From an uncultured virus (IMG/VR IMGVR_UViG_2513020035_000002) (taxonomy: Duplodnaviria > Heunggongvirae > Uroviricota > Caudoviricetes): 64,000 nt of DNA. Each line of letters opens with the position of its first letter. The stretch's first letter is position 1. Under the pieces are notes generated by a model. That model made no database searches. It was not told the origin of the DNA and saw nothing but the letters and a program-made list of their open reading frames with translations. Below are positions 19,635 through 29,145 of the stretch, in pieces. The stretch lies in the IMG/VR virus record IMGVR_UViG_2513020035_000002, one strand, 5' to 3'. A program made the position numbers and the translations under genes.

Positions 19635-20210
19635 ATGATTATAAGAACAGTTTGCGGATATGATTTCTTTGAGGTGAGTTCTGCAATGCAGAAAGCCATT
19701 AGGCGAGCCGACACCGGGGTAGCCGGCTTTTTTGCATTGGAACTTTGGGCGAGTGGGTACCGCGACTATGTGTGGAAGCGTCTGTTTACCATTAGTGCTG
19801 AAGATTGCTATGGAATCATTACTAAAGAGATAGAAGCATTGTGGCAGGGGCATGAGCTGGTAAACAAGACTGCTACTGAACCCAAAGGGAGGATATTTGT
19901 CAGTAAAGCTGTTATTCTCCTTTGTGAATGTAGAAAGAATCGTGATGCGGATCATTTGCAAAACTTCATCTATGATAGAAAGGATATTGATATAGAAAAG
20001 TGGATAAATGATGTCAGGCGTTACCCTATTCCTATTCCAGATTACACTTTCGATGTACATACACGAAAGGGTAAAAAACATGGGAGAACCAAAGAAGAAT
20101 TCTTTCAGGAAGAATACAAGGCGTTACAACCTCGTGTTCCTGGTTTATTCGATGATTTGGTTCAACCCAGTCAACCAAAGTTTTTTAATGATGAAACCAC
20201 AGCTACTTAG
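19635..20210 (+). CDS. RarA/MgsA C-terminal-like protein
   Basis: SAMQKAIRR and WKRLFTISAED; no Walker A. Confidence 0.7.
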   Translation: MIIRTVCGYDFFEVSSAMQKAIRRADTGVAGFFALELWASGYRDYVWKRLFTISAEDCYGIITKEIEALWQGHELVNKTATEPKGRIFVSKAVILLCECRKNRDADHLQNFIYDRKDIDIEKWINDVRRYPIPIPDYTFDVHTRKGKKHGRTKEEFFQEEYKALQPRVPGLFDDLVQPSQPKFFNDETTAT

Positions 20211-20229
20211 CCGTGGTTTCATCATTTTT
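20187..20229 (+). terminator. intrinsic terminator
   Basis: AATGATGAAACCAC/GTGGTTTCATCATT plus T tract. Confidence 0.6.
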
Positions 20230-20259
20230 CATATAAGTCAAACCAATTTAATTAAAAAA

Positions 20260-20907
20260 ATGAACACGTATTACAAATTTGCGCCAAATGTATTTTTGGC
20301 AAAGTGTGATGAGAAGCACGAAAAAGGTGAAACTATTGAAGTTACCACCAAGTATGGAAAAGAAAATGAATGTATTGTTTTCAACCTCATTTACGAACGT
20401 GATGGATTCTATTACTACTCAATCGTACGGGCTGATGGCTTTAATGTGCAAGAGTGGGCCAAACAAAGAGCTGAACGTCGTCATGAATGGGCTACATCTG
20501 CTGTACAGAAAAGCTGTGAATATTACAACAAGTCCAATAAAGATAAGGATTTTCTTTCTCTAGGTGAGCCTATCAAAGTGGGACATCATAGCGAGAAGCG
20601 ACACAGAAAAGCGATAGATGATGCGTGGAACAATATGGGGAAAAGCGTTGAGTTTAGCGATAAGGCTGCCGAACATGAAAGAGTTGCGAAGTATTGGGAA
20701 AAAAGGGCTAATACGATAAACTTGTCCATGCCGGAAAGTATAGATTTCTACGAACATAAGTTGGAACAAGCAAAAGAATATCACGAAGGATTGAAGTCCG
20801 GTAAGTACCGACGCGAGCATACATACGCTATGGCTTATGCCAATAAAGCAGTAAAAGAGGCTAAAAAAAATTATGACCTTGCAGTAAAGCTGTGGGGCGA
20901 TGTTTAA
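20260..20907 (+). CDS. DUF3560-like protein
   Basis: GEPIKVGHHSEKRHRK. Confidence 0.75.
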   Translation: MNTYYKFAPNVFLAKCDEKHEKGETIEVTTKYGKENECIVFNLIYERDGFYYYSIVRADGFNVQEWAKQRAERRHEWATSAVQKSCEYYNKSNKDKDFLSLGEPIKVGHHSEKRHRKAIDDAWNNMGKSVEFSDKAAEHERVAKYWEKRANTINLSMPESIDFYEHKLEQAKEYHEGLKSGKYRREHTYAMAYANKAVKEAKKNYDLAVKLWGDV

Positions 20908-20935
20908 TAATTTGTAGTATCTCAAATAATTTACT

Positions 20936-21434
20936 ATGAGAGAATTATCAAAAGAAACCTCATTACAAAGGGTAATGAGGGCTTCAGGTCGTGTACCTGT
21001 ACAATGCTCATGCAGTGTTTGTAAACAACAATGTCATACGCCATGTTTAGGTACTCCTGATGATATTGAACGAATTATTGATGCAGGTTATGCCGACAGG
21101 TTAGCGCTGACGAACTGGGCTGCTGGTATATTCTTAGGGGGTATTAATNNNNNNNNNNNNNNNNNNNNNNNNNNNNNNNNNNATTGCTATTCCGATGATT
21201 CAGCCCGTTGCTGGTAAGGAGTATTGTGCTTTTTTCGAGAATGGACTGTGTATCTTACATGATAAGGGTTTGAAGCCCACTGAAGGACGTTTGTCTCATC
21301 ACACAGTCAGGAAGGATAACTTCAATCCTGCTATGAGTATTGCTTGGAACGTTGCAAAAGAATGGCTGATGCCGGAGAATGAGGATGTACTTTCTCGTGT
21401 AGTAAATAAATTCTTGAATGCGAGGAAGCCATGA
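20936..21434 (+). CDS. Cys-rich metal-binding protein (YkgJ-like), split by N run
   Basis: CSCSVCKQQC...CAFFENGLCILH..KP. Confidence 0.6.
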
Positions 21435-21757
21435 ATGTGTGTCAATCAATACCTCGTAGAGATTGTAAGGTGTTTGCTAAATGTGGAGCAAAATCCTTAT
21501 CACATTGCCGGCGGCACCGCGAAACTGATGAGAAGTGTAAAAGTTGTACTCTAATTCGTCGTAAGCCGCGTAATCGGATTATAGATGATTCAGGACGTGA
21601 AATGAAAAAATGTACCCATTGCGGAAATTACTTCTACTTGAACCGGTTCTACAATCGTATAGTGGTGAGAAAAGGTAAGGAATATCATTTGTTGACTTCC
21701 TGGTGCCGTATGTGTATGTCACAGATTAATAATCAGAGGGCAAAGAAGAAAAAGTGA
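21431..21757 (+). CDS. Zn-finger protein
   Basis: Several CxxC motifs. Confidence 0.6.
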   Translation: MNVCQSIPRRDCKVFAKCGAKSLSHCRRHRETDEKCKSCTLIRRKPRNRIIDDSGREMKKCTHCGNYFYLNRFYNRIVVRKGKEYHLLTSWCRMCMSQINNQRAKKKK

Positions 21758-21778
21758 CTTGTCTATTAAATTTTTTGT

Positions 21779-22540
21779 ATGAAATATTATGCTTCAGTCA
21801 GCTTTGGAAAGGATTCCTTGGCAATGCTTTTCATGCTAATAGATAAAGGATATCAGTTGGATGAAGTCGTTTTCTATGATACAGGTATGGAATTTCAGGC
21901 AATCTATAACACTCGTGATGCTGTTCTTCCAATTCTTAAAAAACTTGGCATTAAATATACAGAACTGCATCCGGAGCAACCTTTTCTTTGGACAATGTTT
22001 GAAAGGCCGGTTAAGAAAAGAGGGACCAATATTATCCATAAAAAAGGATATAGTTGGTGTGGGGGAACATGCCGGTGGGGAACGAGTGAAAAACTTCGTG
22101 CGTTGAAAGCTCACACAAAAGATGGAATTGATTATGTCGGTATTGCTGCCGACGAGACCCATCGCTTTGAAAAGGAAAAACGACCTAATCGGGTTTTACC
22201 ACTTCGTGACTGGGCATTACTGAAGCTGATGCACTCCAGTATTGTTACACAAAAGGCTTTGTTTGGCATGAGGATGGAGTAAGGCTATATGAGCTACTTG
22301 ATCGTGTGAGTTGCTGGTGTTGTGGAAATAAGAACTTGAAGGAGTTGAAGAATATGTATTTGTACCTTCCATGGTATTGGAAAAAGCTGAAAGAACTTCA
22401 GTTAAATACTGATAGACCTTATCGGCGTAATAGTGGAGAAACCATTTTTGATTTAGAGGANNNNNNNNNNNNNNNNNNNNNNNNNNNNNNNNNNNNNNNN
22501 AAGATTTAGACGTGAATTGTTGAAGAAAAAAACTGATTAA
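21779..22540 (+). pseudogene. PAPS-reductase-family protein with an apparent frameshift
   Basis: SFGKDS PP-loop; RVSCWCC in another frame; shift at GGG 22212-22214. Confidence 0.7.
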
Positions 22541-22628
22541 AATGGCGTTAAAATGGCGAAGCTTCTGTTTGTTAAACTTGTCAATAATGATTACCTTTAT
22601 AGATGTAAAGCATTAAAAGTCAATCAAT
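22539..22628 (+). promoter_or_regulatory. repeated promoter cassette, copy 4
   Basis: AAAATGGCGTTAAAATGGCG; TTTG-N20-TACCTTTA. Confidence 0.8.
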
Positions 22629-22874
22629 ATGAAGAGGAATGAGAAAATAGAAAAATTAGAAAGACTAGGTATTTTTAATCAATGGAAATATAATACAGAA
22701 AGAGCAAATGAGGCATTTAATATTGAGTGTCCTGACTTCTCAATGACAAATGAAGAGCGGGTGAACAATTTGTTAGATGTTGATTGCTGCTTTCATCGGT
22801 TTCTAACTATTTCATTCCCTTTCTATGATACTCCTGAAGGTGCTGCTTTTTGGGAGAATATAGTAAAAATATAA
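22629..22874 (+). CDS. hypothetical protein
   Basis: First ORF after cassette 4. Confidence 0.65.
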   Translation: MKRNEKIEKLERLGIFNQWKYNTERANEAFNIECPDFSMTNEERVNNLLDVDCCFHRFLTISFPFYDTPEGAAFWENIVKI

Positions 22875-22885
22875 TTGAATTCAAA

Positions 22886-23992
22886 ATGGATGATAAACGA
22901 AAACAAATATTGGTAGATTACATATCCTACCTGTATACGACGGGTAGGAGCTATGACAGCATCGGGAAATACATCAAATATGTGACTGATTTTCTTGAAA
23001 ATTCCGAAGAAATCAATCGTCGCGGTTATTTGCAATATAAACATGAAAATGCAGATGTTATGGTGCGCCATTCATTTATGTGCGCGGCTGTTTGTGATTT
23101 ATTGTCTTATCTTAAAATCGGATATGGCCGACAGGAAAAGGCTGTAAAGCCTTTGGAGAAACTTGAGGTTATTTCAGAGAAGAATAAGAAACTGCTTAAT
23201 GATTTTATAATATGGTTGACTGATAACAATGATTATTCCTCTCACACAATTGATGTCTATTATACCTCGTTGAAAAAATATTTTGAATACGCCAATGAAC
23301 TAAATATGGATAATTGCAGACGATTTATAAAAAGCCTTGAAGAGGAAAAACTTTCTCCAGCTACCATTCGATTACGTATTACAGCCATTGAGAAGTTCTC
23401 CAAATGGGTGAAGAAACCTATTGAACTGAAACGACCTAGAATGAAACGCAAGTTGGATGTAAACAATGTGCCGACAGAAGAGGAATATAATAGGTTACTG
23501 GAGTATCTGAAAACAAAACTCAACAAGGATTACTATTTCTTCATTAAGGTATTGGGTACTACAGGAGCTCGGCTCTCGGAGTTTCAGCAATTCACGTGGG
23601 AGGATATAGCGGTCGGCGAAGTTGTTTTGAAAGGGAAAGGGAACAAGTATCGGCGTTTCTTTTTCCAAAAGCAATTGCAGAGGGAAGTGAAGGACTATAT
23701 AAAGGAGACAGGCAAGTCCGGTACTCTTGCTGTTGGGAGATTCGGGCCGTTGACTCAAAGAGGTCTTTCACAGCATTTGAAAGTATGGGGTAAACATTGT
23801 GGTATCGATTCGAAAAAAATGCACGCTCACGCCTTCCGGCACTTCTTTGCTAAAATGTTCCTGAAGAAAACCAAAGATGTAATTCAATTAGCAGACCTTC
23901 TTGGTCATGGTAGTGTAGATACAACAAGAATTTATTTACAAAAAAGTTATGATGAACAACAAAGAGACTTTAATAAAAACGTTACGTGGTAG
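22886..23992 (+). CDS. tyrosine recombinase
   Basis: TGARLSE, KGKGNK, HAFRH, LGH, TRIY. Confidence 0.92.
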   Translation: MDDKRKQILVDYISYLYTTGRSYDSIGKYIKYVTDFLENSEEINRRGYLQYKHENADVMVRHSFMCAAVCDLLSYLKIGYGRQEKAVKPLEKLEVISEKNKKLLNDFIIWLTDNNDYSSHTIDVYYTSLKKYFEYANELNMDNCRRFIKSLEEEKLSPATIRLRITAIEKFSKWVKKPIELKRPRMKRKLDVNNVPTEEEYNRLLEYLKTKLNKDYYFFIKVLGTTGARLSEFQQFTWEDIAVGEVVLKGKGNKYRRFFFQKQLQREVKDYIKETGKSGTLAVGRFGPLTQRGLSQHLKVWGKHCGIDSKKMHAHAFRHFFAKMFLKKTKDVIQLADLLGHGSVDTTRIYLQKSYDEQQRDFNKNVTW

Positions 23993-24979
23993 TGTAGCCC
24001 AGCTCAATGAATTATCGGATATGACTGAAGGCATAGATGTTTATGACGCTGCCGGATATGTTGATACTGAATTTCTTATGGAAGCGCTTTCCTGTGTTAA
24101 TACTTTTATGGATGCGAGTAATATGGTTATTACGAAAATATCCTCACTGTTAGCGCCGGACGCTCCGGTTGATGAAAGGAAGAGCCAGGCTGATGAAGGT
24201 AAGAAATGGAATGTGGAAGAGATACTGAAGCATTGTACTCTTGAGGATAGTGTTCTTAAACTTCCGAAAGTACAATTCAATAAGAAATCCTATGCTGAAG
24301 CAAAGAAATGGATAGAAGAAGCTGGCGGCTCATGGCAGGGAGGTAAGATACAGGGATTCACATTTCCTTTTAATCCGGAACGTGTGTTCTCCATCTTGAA
24401 AGAAGGTAAGCGATGCGATTTGCAAAAAGACTTTCAGTTCTTTGAAACACCTGCTGATATTGCAGACTGGTTGGTAATGCTTGCCGGTGGAATTCACGAA
24501 ACAGATACCGTACTTGAACCAAGTGCCGGACGCGGTGCTCTGATAAAAGCGGTCCATCGGTCATGCCCGTCAGTAATAGTTGAATGTTATGAACTGATGC
24601 CGGAAAACAGGGAGTTCCTTCATACACTTGATAACGTAATATTGCTTGGTGAGGATTTCANNNNNNNNNNNNNNNNNNNNNNNNNNNNNNNNNNNNNNNN
24701 NAAGATAGTGTAGGAAATTACACTAAGATTATTGCTAATCCTCCATTTTCCGGTAATCAGGATATTGACCATGTAAGACATATGTATGAACGCTTGGAAG
24801 AAGGTGGAATTCTTGCGGCTATAACCAGCCGGCATTGGAAGTTTGCGTCTGAAAAGAAATGTGTTGAGTTCCGGGAATGGTTGGAAAAAGTTCATGGAGA
24901 AGTTTTTGAAATTGAAGCCGGTGAATTCAAAGAAAGTGGAACTACTGTTAGTACGATGGCAGTGGTTATAAAGAAGTAA
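23949..24979 (+). CDS. N6-adenine-type DNA methyltransferase, split by N run
   Basis: FFETP, VLEPSAGRG, and IANPPF after the gap. Confidence 0.8.
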
Positions 24980-25007
24980 TTTAAAACGGACAGAAAGGAG
25001 GTAAAGT

Positions 25008-25253
25008 ATGATACTTACTACTGATAAGATGGCATTTGTTACCGATCAAGATAATTCAGACAAATACATTGAGGAGCTTATAACTGAGTATGGAACTAAT
25101 CAATATCGCATAAAGATTAACCGTACGCTTAGTCCACCATATTACCAATTATTCTACGAATGGAAAGAAGGTAAGCGGAAATTAAATCGTGAACTTTTCT
25201 CTTCCAGTAAGTTGGGAAAGATTGTAAATTTCATAAATGAAAACATTCAATAA
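25008..25253 (+). CDS. hypothetical protein
   Basis: 81 aa ORF. Confidence 0.6.
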   Translation: MILTTDKMAFVTDQDNSDKYIEELITEYGTNQYRIKINRTLSPPYYQLFYEWKEGKRKLNRELFSSSKLGKIVNFINENIQ

Positions 25254-25262
25254 AATCAAGAA

Positions 25263-25805
25263 GTGAAAGCAATAACAATAAAACAACCATGGGCCTCATT
25301 GATCGTTCACGGTATCAAGGATATTGAGAACCGGAGTTGGGCGTGTCCATGGAAATACATAGGACATAGAGTGTTAATCCATGCAAGTGGAAAACCTGTA
25401 GAAATGAGAAATCCCAATGGTGTATTTACAAAAACTCAATGGGATAGTCTGCCTGTTGAGTTTCAACGAAAAATAATATGTGCAGAGGGCATTGTCAATT
25501 CTGCTATCATTGGAAGTGTAGAAATAATTGGATGCTCTATCAATCATCCTTCTAAATGGGCAGAGAAATCCGATGATAGTAAAGGCTATTATGAAAATCC
25601 TATTTATAACTGGGTACTAGCTAATCCTATATTATTTCCAGAGCCGATACCGGCTAAAGGGAAATTGTCATTTTGGGAGTATCCCAATATCAATTCAGAG
25701 GACGATATCTGCTTGTGTAATTTGGTCGTAAATGAAAGGAATCAAGTCGTTAGCTACAGAGAGTATTACCGATGTGCATACTGTGGTAGTAAATGGAGTA
25801 AATAA
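25263..25805 (+). CDS. ASCH-domain protein
   Basis: AITIKQPWASLIVHGIKDIENRSW, IHAS, KGKLSFW. Confidence 0.85.
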   Translation: MKAITIKQPWASLIVHGIKDIENRSWACPWKYIGHRVLIHASGKPVEMRNPNGVFTKTQWDSLPVEFQRKIICAEGIVNSAIIGSVEIIGCSINHPSKWAEKSDDSKGYYENPIYNWVLANPILFPEPIPAKGKLSFWEYPNINSEDDICLCNLVVNERNQVVSYREYYRCAYCGSKWSK

Positions 25806-25835
25806 CAATAATACAAAATAATAGTAACATAATAG

Positions 25836-27046
25836 TTAGATATGAATTATACTGTCAATATCTTCTTCATTATCAATATACATTTTGATGTATTTTCTTA
25901 ATAGGGCTGGATTATTGGCACATTCATCTGTTTTAATTATTTGGAGATTATTTAATCCATATAAAGATGTCAAATTCCAATTTGTCATTTCTTGTAGTGA
26001 ACGTTTTATCTCAATTNNNNNNNNNNNNNNNNNNNNNNNNNNNNNNNNNNNNNNNNNNNATTTTGCGTCTTTAGTGAATATTGTAATATTCTTCTTTTGA
26101 GGATTAGTGGATGAAGATTGTCTTTCAAAAAAGGCTTTAAAATATTGGCTGTCATTTATGCCTAATGAATGCCCAAATATTGTAATATCATCAGCATCCA
26201 TTAAATCATATACCATAGCAGGAGGATTATATTGAGAATCAAATGATTTCTGTATGAAGTCATAGTTATGAACAATTTTCTCGTCTTTTGTTCCTAATAT
26301 AATATTTCCATCTAAGATACATCCATGTACATAGTTTATTGTATCATTAAACTCCATTGCAAAACTGGAATNNNNNNNNNNNNNNNNNNNNNNNNNNNNN
26401 NNNNNNNNNNCTACTTCACTAAAACTCGTGTAGTTAAAAGAATATATGACAATTTGATCATTTGATTTATTCCGCATAAAGGTTCTTGCGACAATTGCAG
26501 CTATAGAATTTTCGTTAATAGCTTCTTGCTGTACTTTTATGAGATATTGTATTAATCCATTTTTTATGAGTTGTAAGGCTTTTTGGTCTCGTTCAATAGG
26601 AGGATTTAATATATCTTCATGCGAGAAACTGATATAACAAGAAAAGCGTGGTAAGATTAATATTCCGTTTTTTAACAAATTATTGACAATATCCACATTA
26701 GATTTTATACATTCATAAAATTCTGTGACTGGTCCATTTGCCTGAATTNNNNNNNNNNTGTTCTAAAACGTTCCTTTCTTTATCGTTGTATAGGTCTATT
26801 ATTTGCCCATTATTGTTTTTGATTCTTATATAATAATTGTATAACTCATTCTCCAAATCATACCATTTTACAGCATCTAAATTATCNNNNNNNNNNCCAT
26901 TTGTCATTTAGATGTTTGATTAAAGGAGATGGGTAGTCTTTGGGACAAAATTCAGATTGGCAAAAGTCCTTGTATGAAGTCTTTCTGCCTAAACAAAGGT
27001 CAAATCCGTTACCTATTATCAGAACTCTTTTTCTGTCTTTATTCAT
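25836..27046 (-). CDS. AbiH-family abortive infection protein, split by N runs
   Basis: N-terminus MNKDRKRVLIIGNGFDLCLGRKTSYKDF read from the minus strand; SFNYT, VHG, IFGHSL. Confidence 0.85.
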
Positions 27047-27147
27047 ATTGCAAAGGTAAGGAAAAATTGTAATAATAAGAACTGAAATTTATATAATTGT
27101 TGAACCTTTGGTGTATTGTTTATTCGATACACCTTTATTTTTTTGTG

Positions 27148-27939
27148 ATGATGAGAAAAATGATTGTAACTGGCAGTGAGGGATTTATTGGTAAAGCCCT
27201 TTGCCGAGAATTAGCCAAAAGAGGTGTTGAAGTCATAGGACTTGACCGAAAGTGTGGTACTGAAGCTACGGAAGTATGCGAGCTCCTGAAGAATGGGGGG
27301 ATTGATTGTGTGTTCCATTTGGCGGCGCAAACCAGTGTGTTTAATGGAAACCTGGAACAAATCAGGAGGGATAACATTGATACTTTCATGCGAGTAGCTG
27401 ATGCTTGCAATCAAAATCATGTGAAGTTAATATATGCCAGTTCGTCAACGGCTAATCCGGAGAATACCACTTCTATGTATGGAATAAGCAAGTATTTCGA
27501 TGAACAGTATGCATCTATCTATTGTAAGGCTGCGACCGGGTGCCGGCTACATAATGTATATGGACCTAATCCGCGAAAAAGAACTCTTCTCTGGTTCCTG
27601 ATGGAAAAGGAAAACGTGTCATTATACAACTGTGGTCAGAATATCCGGTGCTTCACTTACGTAGATGATGTCATTGAGGGGCTTATCTATTCGGTGGGTT
27701 GTAACCGGCAACTTATCAATATTTGTAACGTCCAACCTGTGACTACTATGTATTTTGCTTCTTTAGTAAAATACTACAAACCGCTTGAAATTGAGCTAAT
27801 TAATGAAAAACGGGATTTTGACAATTTGGAGCAGTCGGTGAACCGGGATATCTATTTAGTACCTTTGTCTTACACATCTGTCGAGGACGGAGTAAAGAAG
27901 ATCTTTGATGAAAGGAAAGGGAAAGATATGTCGTATTGA
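27148..27939 (+). CDS. NAD-dependent epimerase/dehydratase
   Basis: VTGSEGFIG, HLAA, YASS, YGISK, NVYGP. Confidence 0.9.
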   Translation: MMRKMIVTGSEGFIGKALCRELAKRGVEVIGLDRKCGTEATEVCELLKNGGIDCVFHLAAQTSVFNGNLEQIRRDNIDTFMRVADACNQNHVKLIYASSSTANPENTTSMYGISKYFDEQYASIYCKAATGCRLHNVYGPNPRKRTLLWFLMEKENVSLYNCGQNIRCFTYVDDVIEGLIYSVGCNRQLINICNVQPVTTMYFASLVKYYKPLEIELINEKRDFDNLEQSVNRDIYLVPLSYTSVEDGVKKIFDERKGKDMSY

Positions 27940-28504
27940 CGACTGGGATAAGCCGGAAGCGGTGAAATGTAAGAGCTGGTCTCATCAGGAACGGTTATGT
28001 GATCTGAAAGAAAAGGTATCACTTCATAAAAAGGGTGATATCTATTACATCTCCCAGTTCACCCGTTCCAAGACTGGTACCAGCTTTTCAGAAATTAAAC
28101 AGTCGGAGGAACTTGCATCATTCTTTGCAGAGAGANNNNNNNNNNNNNNNNNNNNNNNNNNNNNNNNNNNNNNTGAGTTTCTCCACCGCTTCATAGTAGG
28201 GGGATATGAAGGATGGTGTATAGTCACCACACCGCGACGGAGACACAACGAGGGCTTTCATTTTTCAACCTCTATCTGTACGAAAATTGCGGGGGCGGTG
28301 AAAATACCATTCTATGAGAATGCAATTCAGTGCCTAACTAAAGATAGATTGAATCCGGAATTCTTTCTTCTTCGTCCGATAAAGGAAAAGAAGATAATAG
28401 TGTACGATGACATATTAACAACTGGCAGCACACTGCTTGCCACCTATGAGCTTTTAAAGGATAGAGAGCAGCTTCTTTTTCTCGTAGGAATAAATAACAA
28501 TTGA
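27905..28504 (+). CDS. type I phosphoribosyltransferase-like protein
   Basis: IIVYDDILTTGST PRPP-binding motif. Confidence 0.8.
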   Translation: MMKGKGKICRIDDWDKPEAVKCKSWSHQERLCDLKEKVSLHKKGDIYYISQFTRSKTGTSFSEIKQSEELASFFAERXXXXXXXXXXXXXEFLHRFIVGGYEGWCIVTTPRRRHNEGFHFSTSICTKIAGAVKIPFYENAIQCLTKDRLNPEFFLLRPIKEKKIIVYDDILTTGSTLLATYELLKDREQLLFLVGINNN

Positions 28505-28505
28505 T

Positions 28506-29084
28506 ATGGGAAAGCAAGAGAAACCATTAACATTCAAGCAAGAGAAATTCTGTAAATACTACGTTGATACAGAAGGTAATGCTAGTGAAGCATATAGGAT
28601 GTCTTATGATGCGTCAAAGATGAAACCTGAAACGATTTGGAGTGCTGCTAGCAGATTGTTAGCCAATAGCAAGGTTAGTACAAGGATAAATGAGATTAAG
28701 GCGCAGAGAGCGAAAGAGTCTGAAGTAGAGAGGAAAACTGTTGAGAGGGTATTAATGGATATAGTACTTGCCAATCCCGATGATCTTCATTTTGTTGACC
28801 CTGCAACCGGGAAAACAAAAATGAGAACTCCTTCCCAACTTCCCAAACGTGCCCGTAACGCATTGAAGAAGATACAGAATAAGAGAGGAGAGGTTACCTA
28901 TGAGTTCAATGGCAAAACAGAAGCGGCCCGGATTCTTGNNNNNNNNNNNNNNNNNNNNNNNNNNNNNNNNNNTGCCTGGAATGGATGGGAAGCCGATAAG
29001 AATGTCAACATCAAAGGTGGAGACGGAAATAAAGTCGGTGAACTTCGTATCGGATTTGAAGATAATGAGTATTCGGAAGAATAG
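28506..29084 (+). CDS. terS: terminase small subunit
   Basis: LTFKQEKFCKYY, NASEAYRMSY, ASRLL. Confidence 0.85.
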   Translation: MGKQEKPLTFKQEKFCKYYVDTEGNASEAYRMSYDASKMKPETIWSAASRLLANSKVSTRINEIKAQRAKESEVERKTVERVLMDIVLANPDDLHFVDPATGKTKMRTPSQLPKRARNALKKIQNKRGEVTYEFNGKTEAARILXXXXXXXXXXXXAWNGWEADKNVNIKGGDGNKVGELRIGFEDNEYSEE

Positions 29085-29145
29085 AACAATTTGAACTGCA
29101 AAATCCAGTATTCACCCTACGGAGAAACCTTACTTTTAGAACAAT

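Noticed and set aside
7741..22628. Repeats as a CRISPR array or IS ends
   Set aside because: They are kilobases apart, direct, tied to start codons, and there is no cas or transposase gene.
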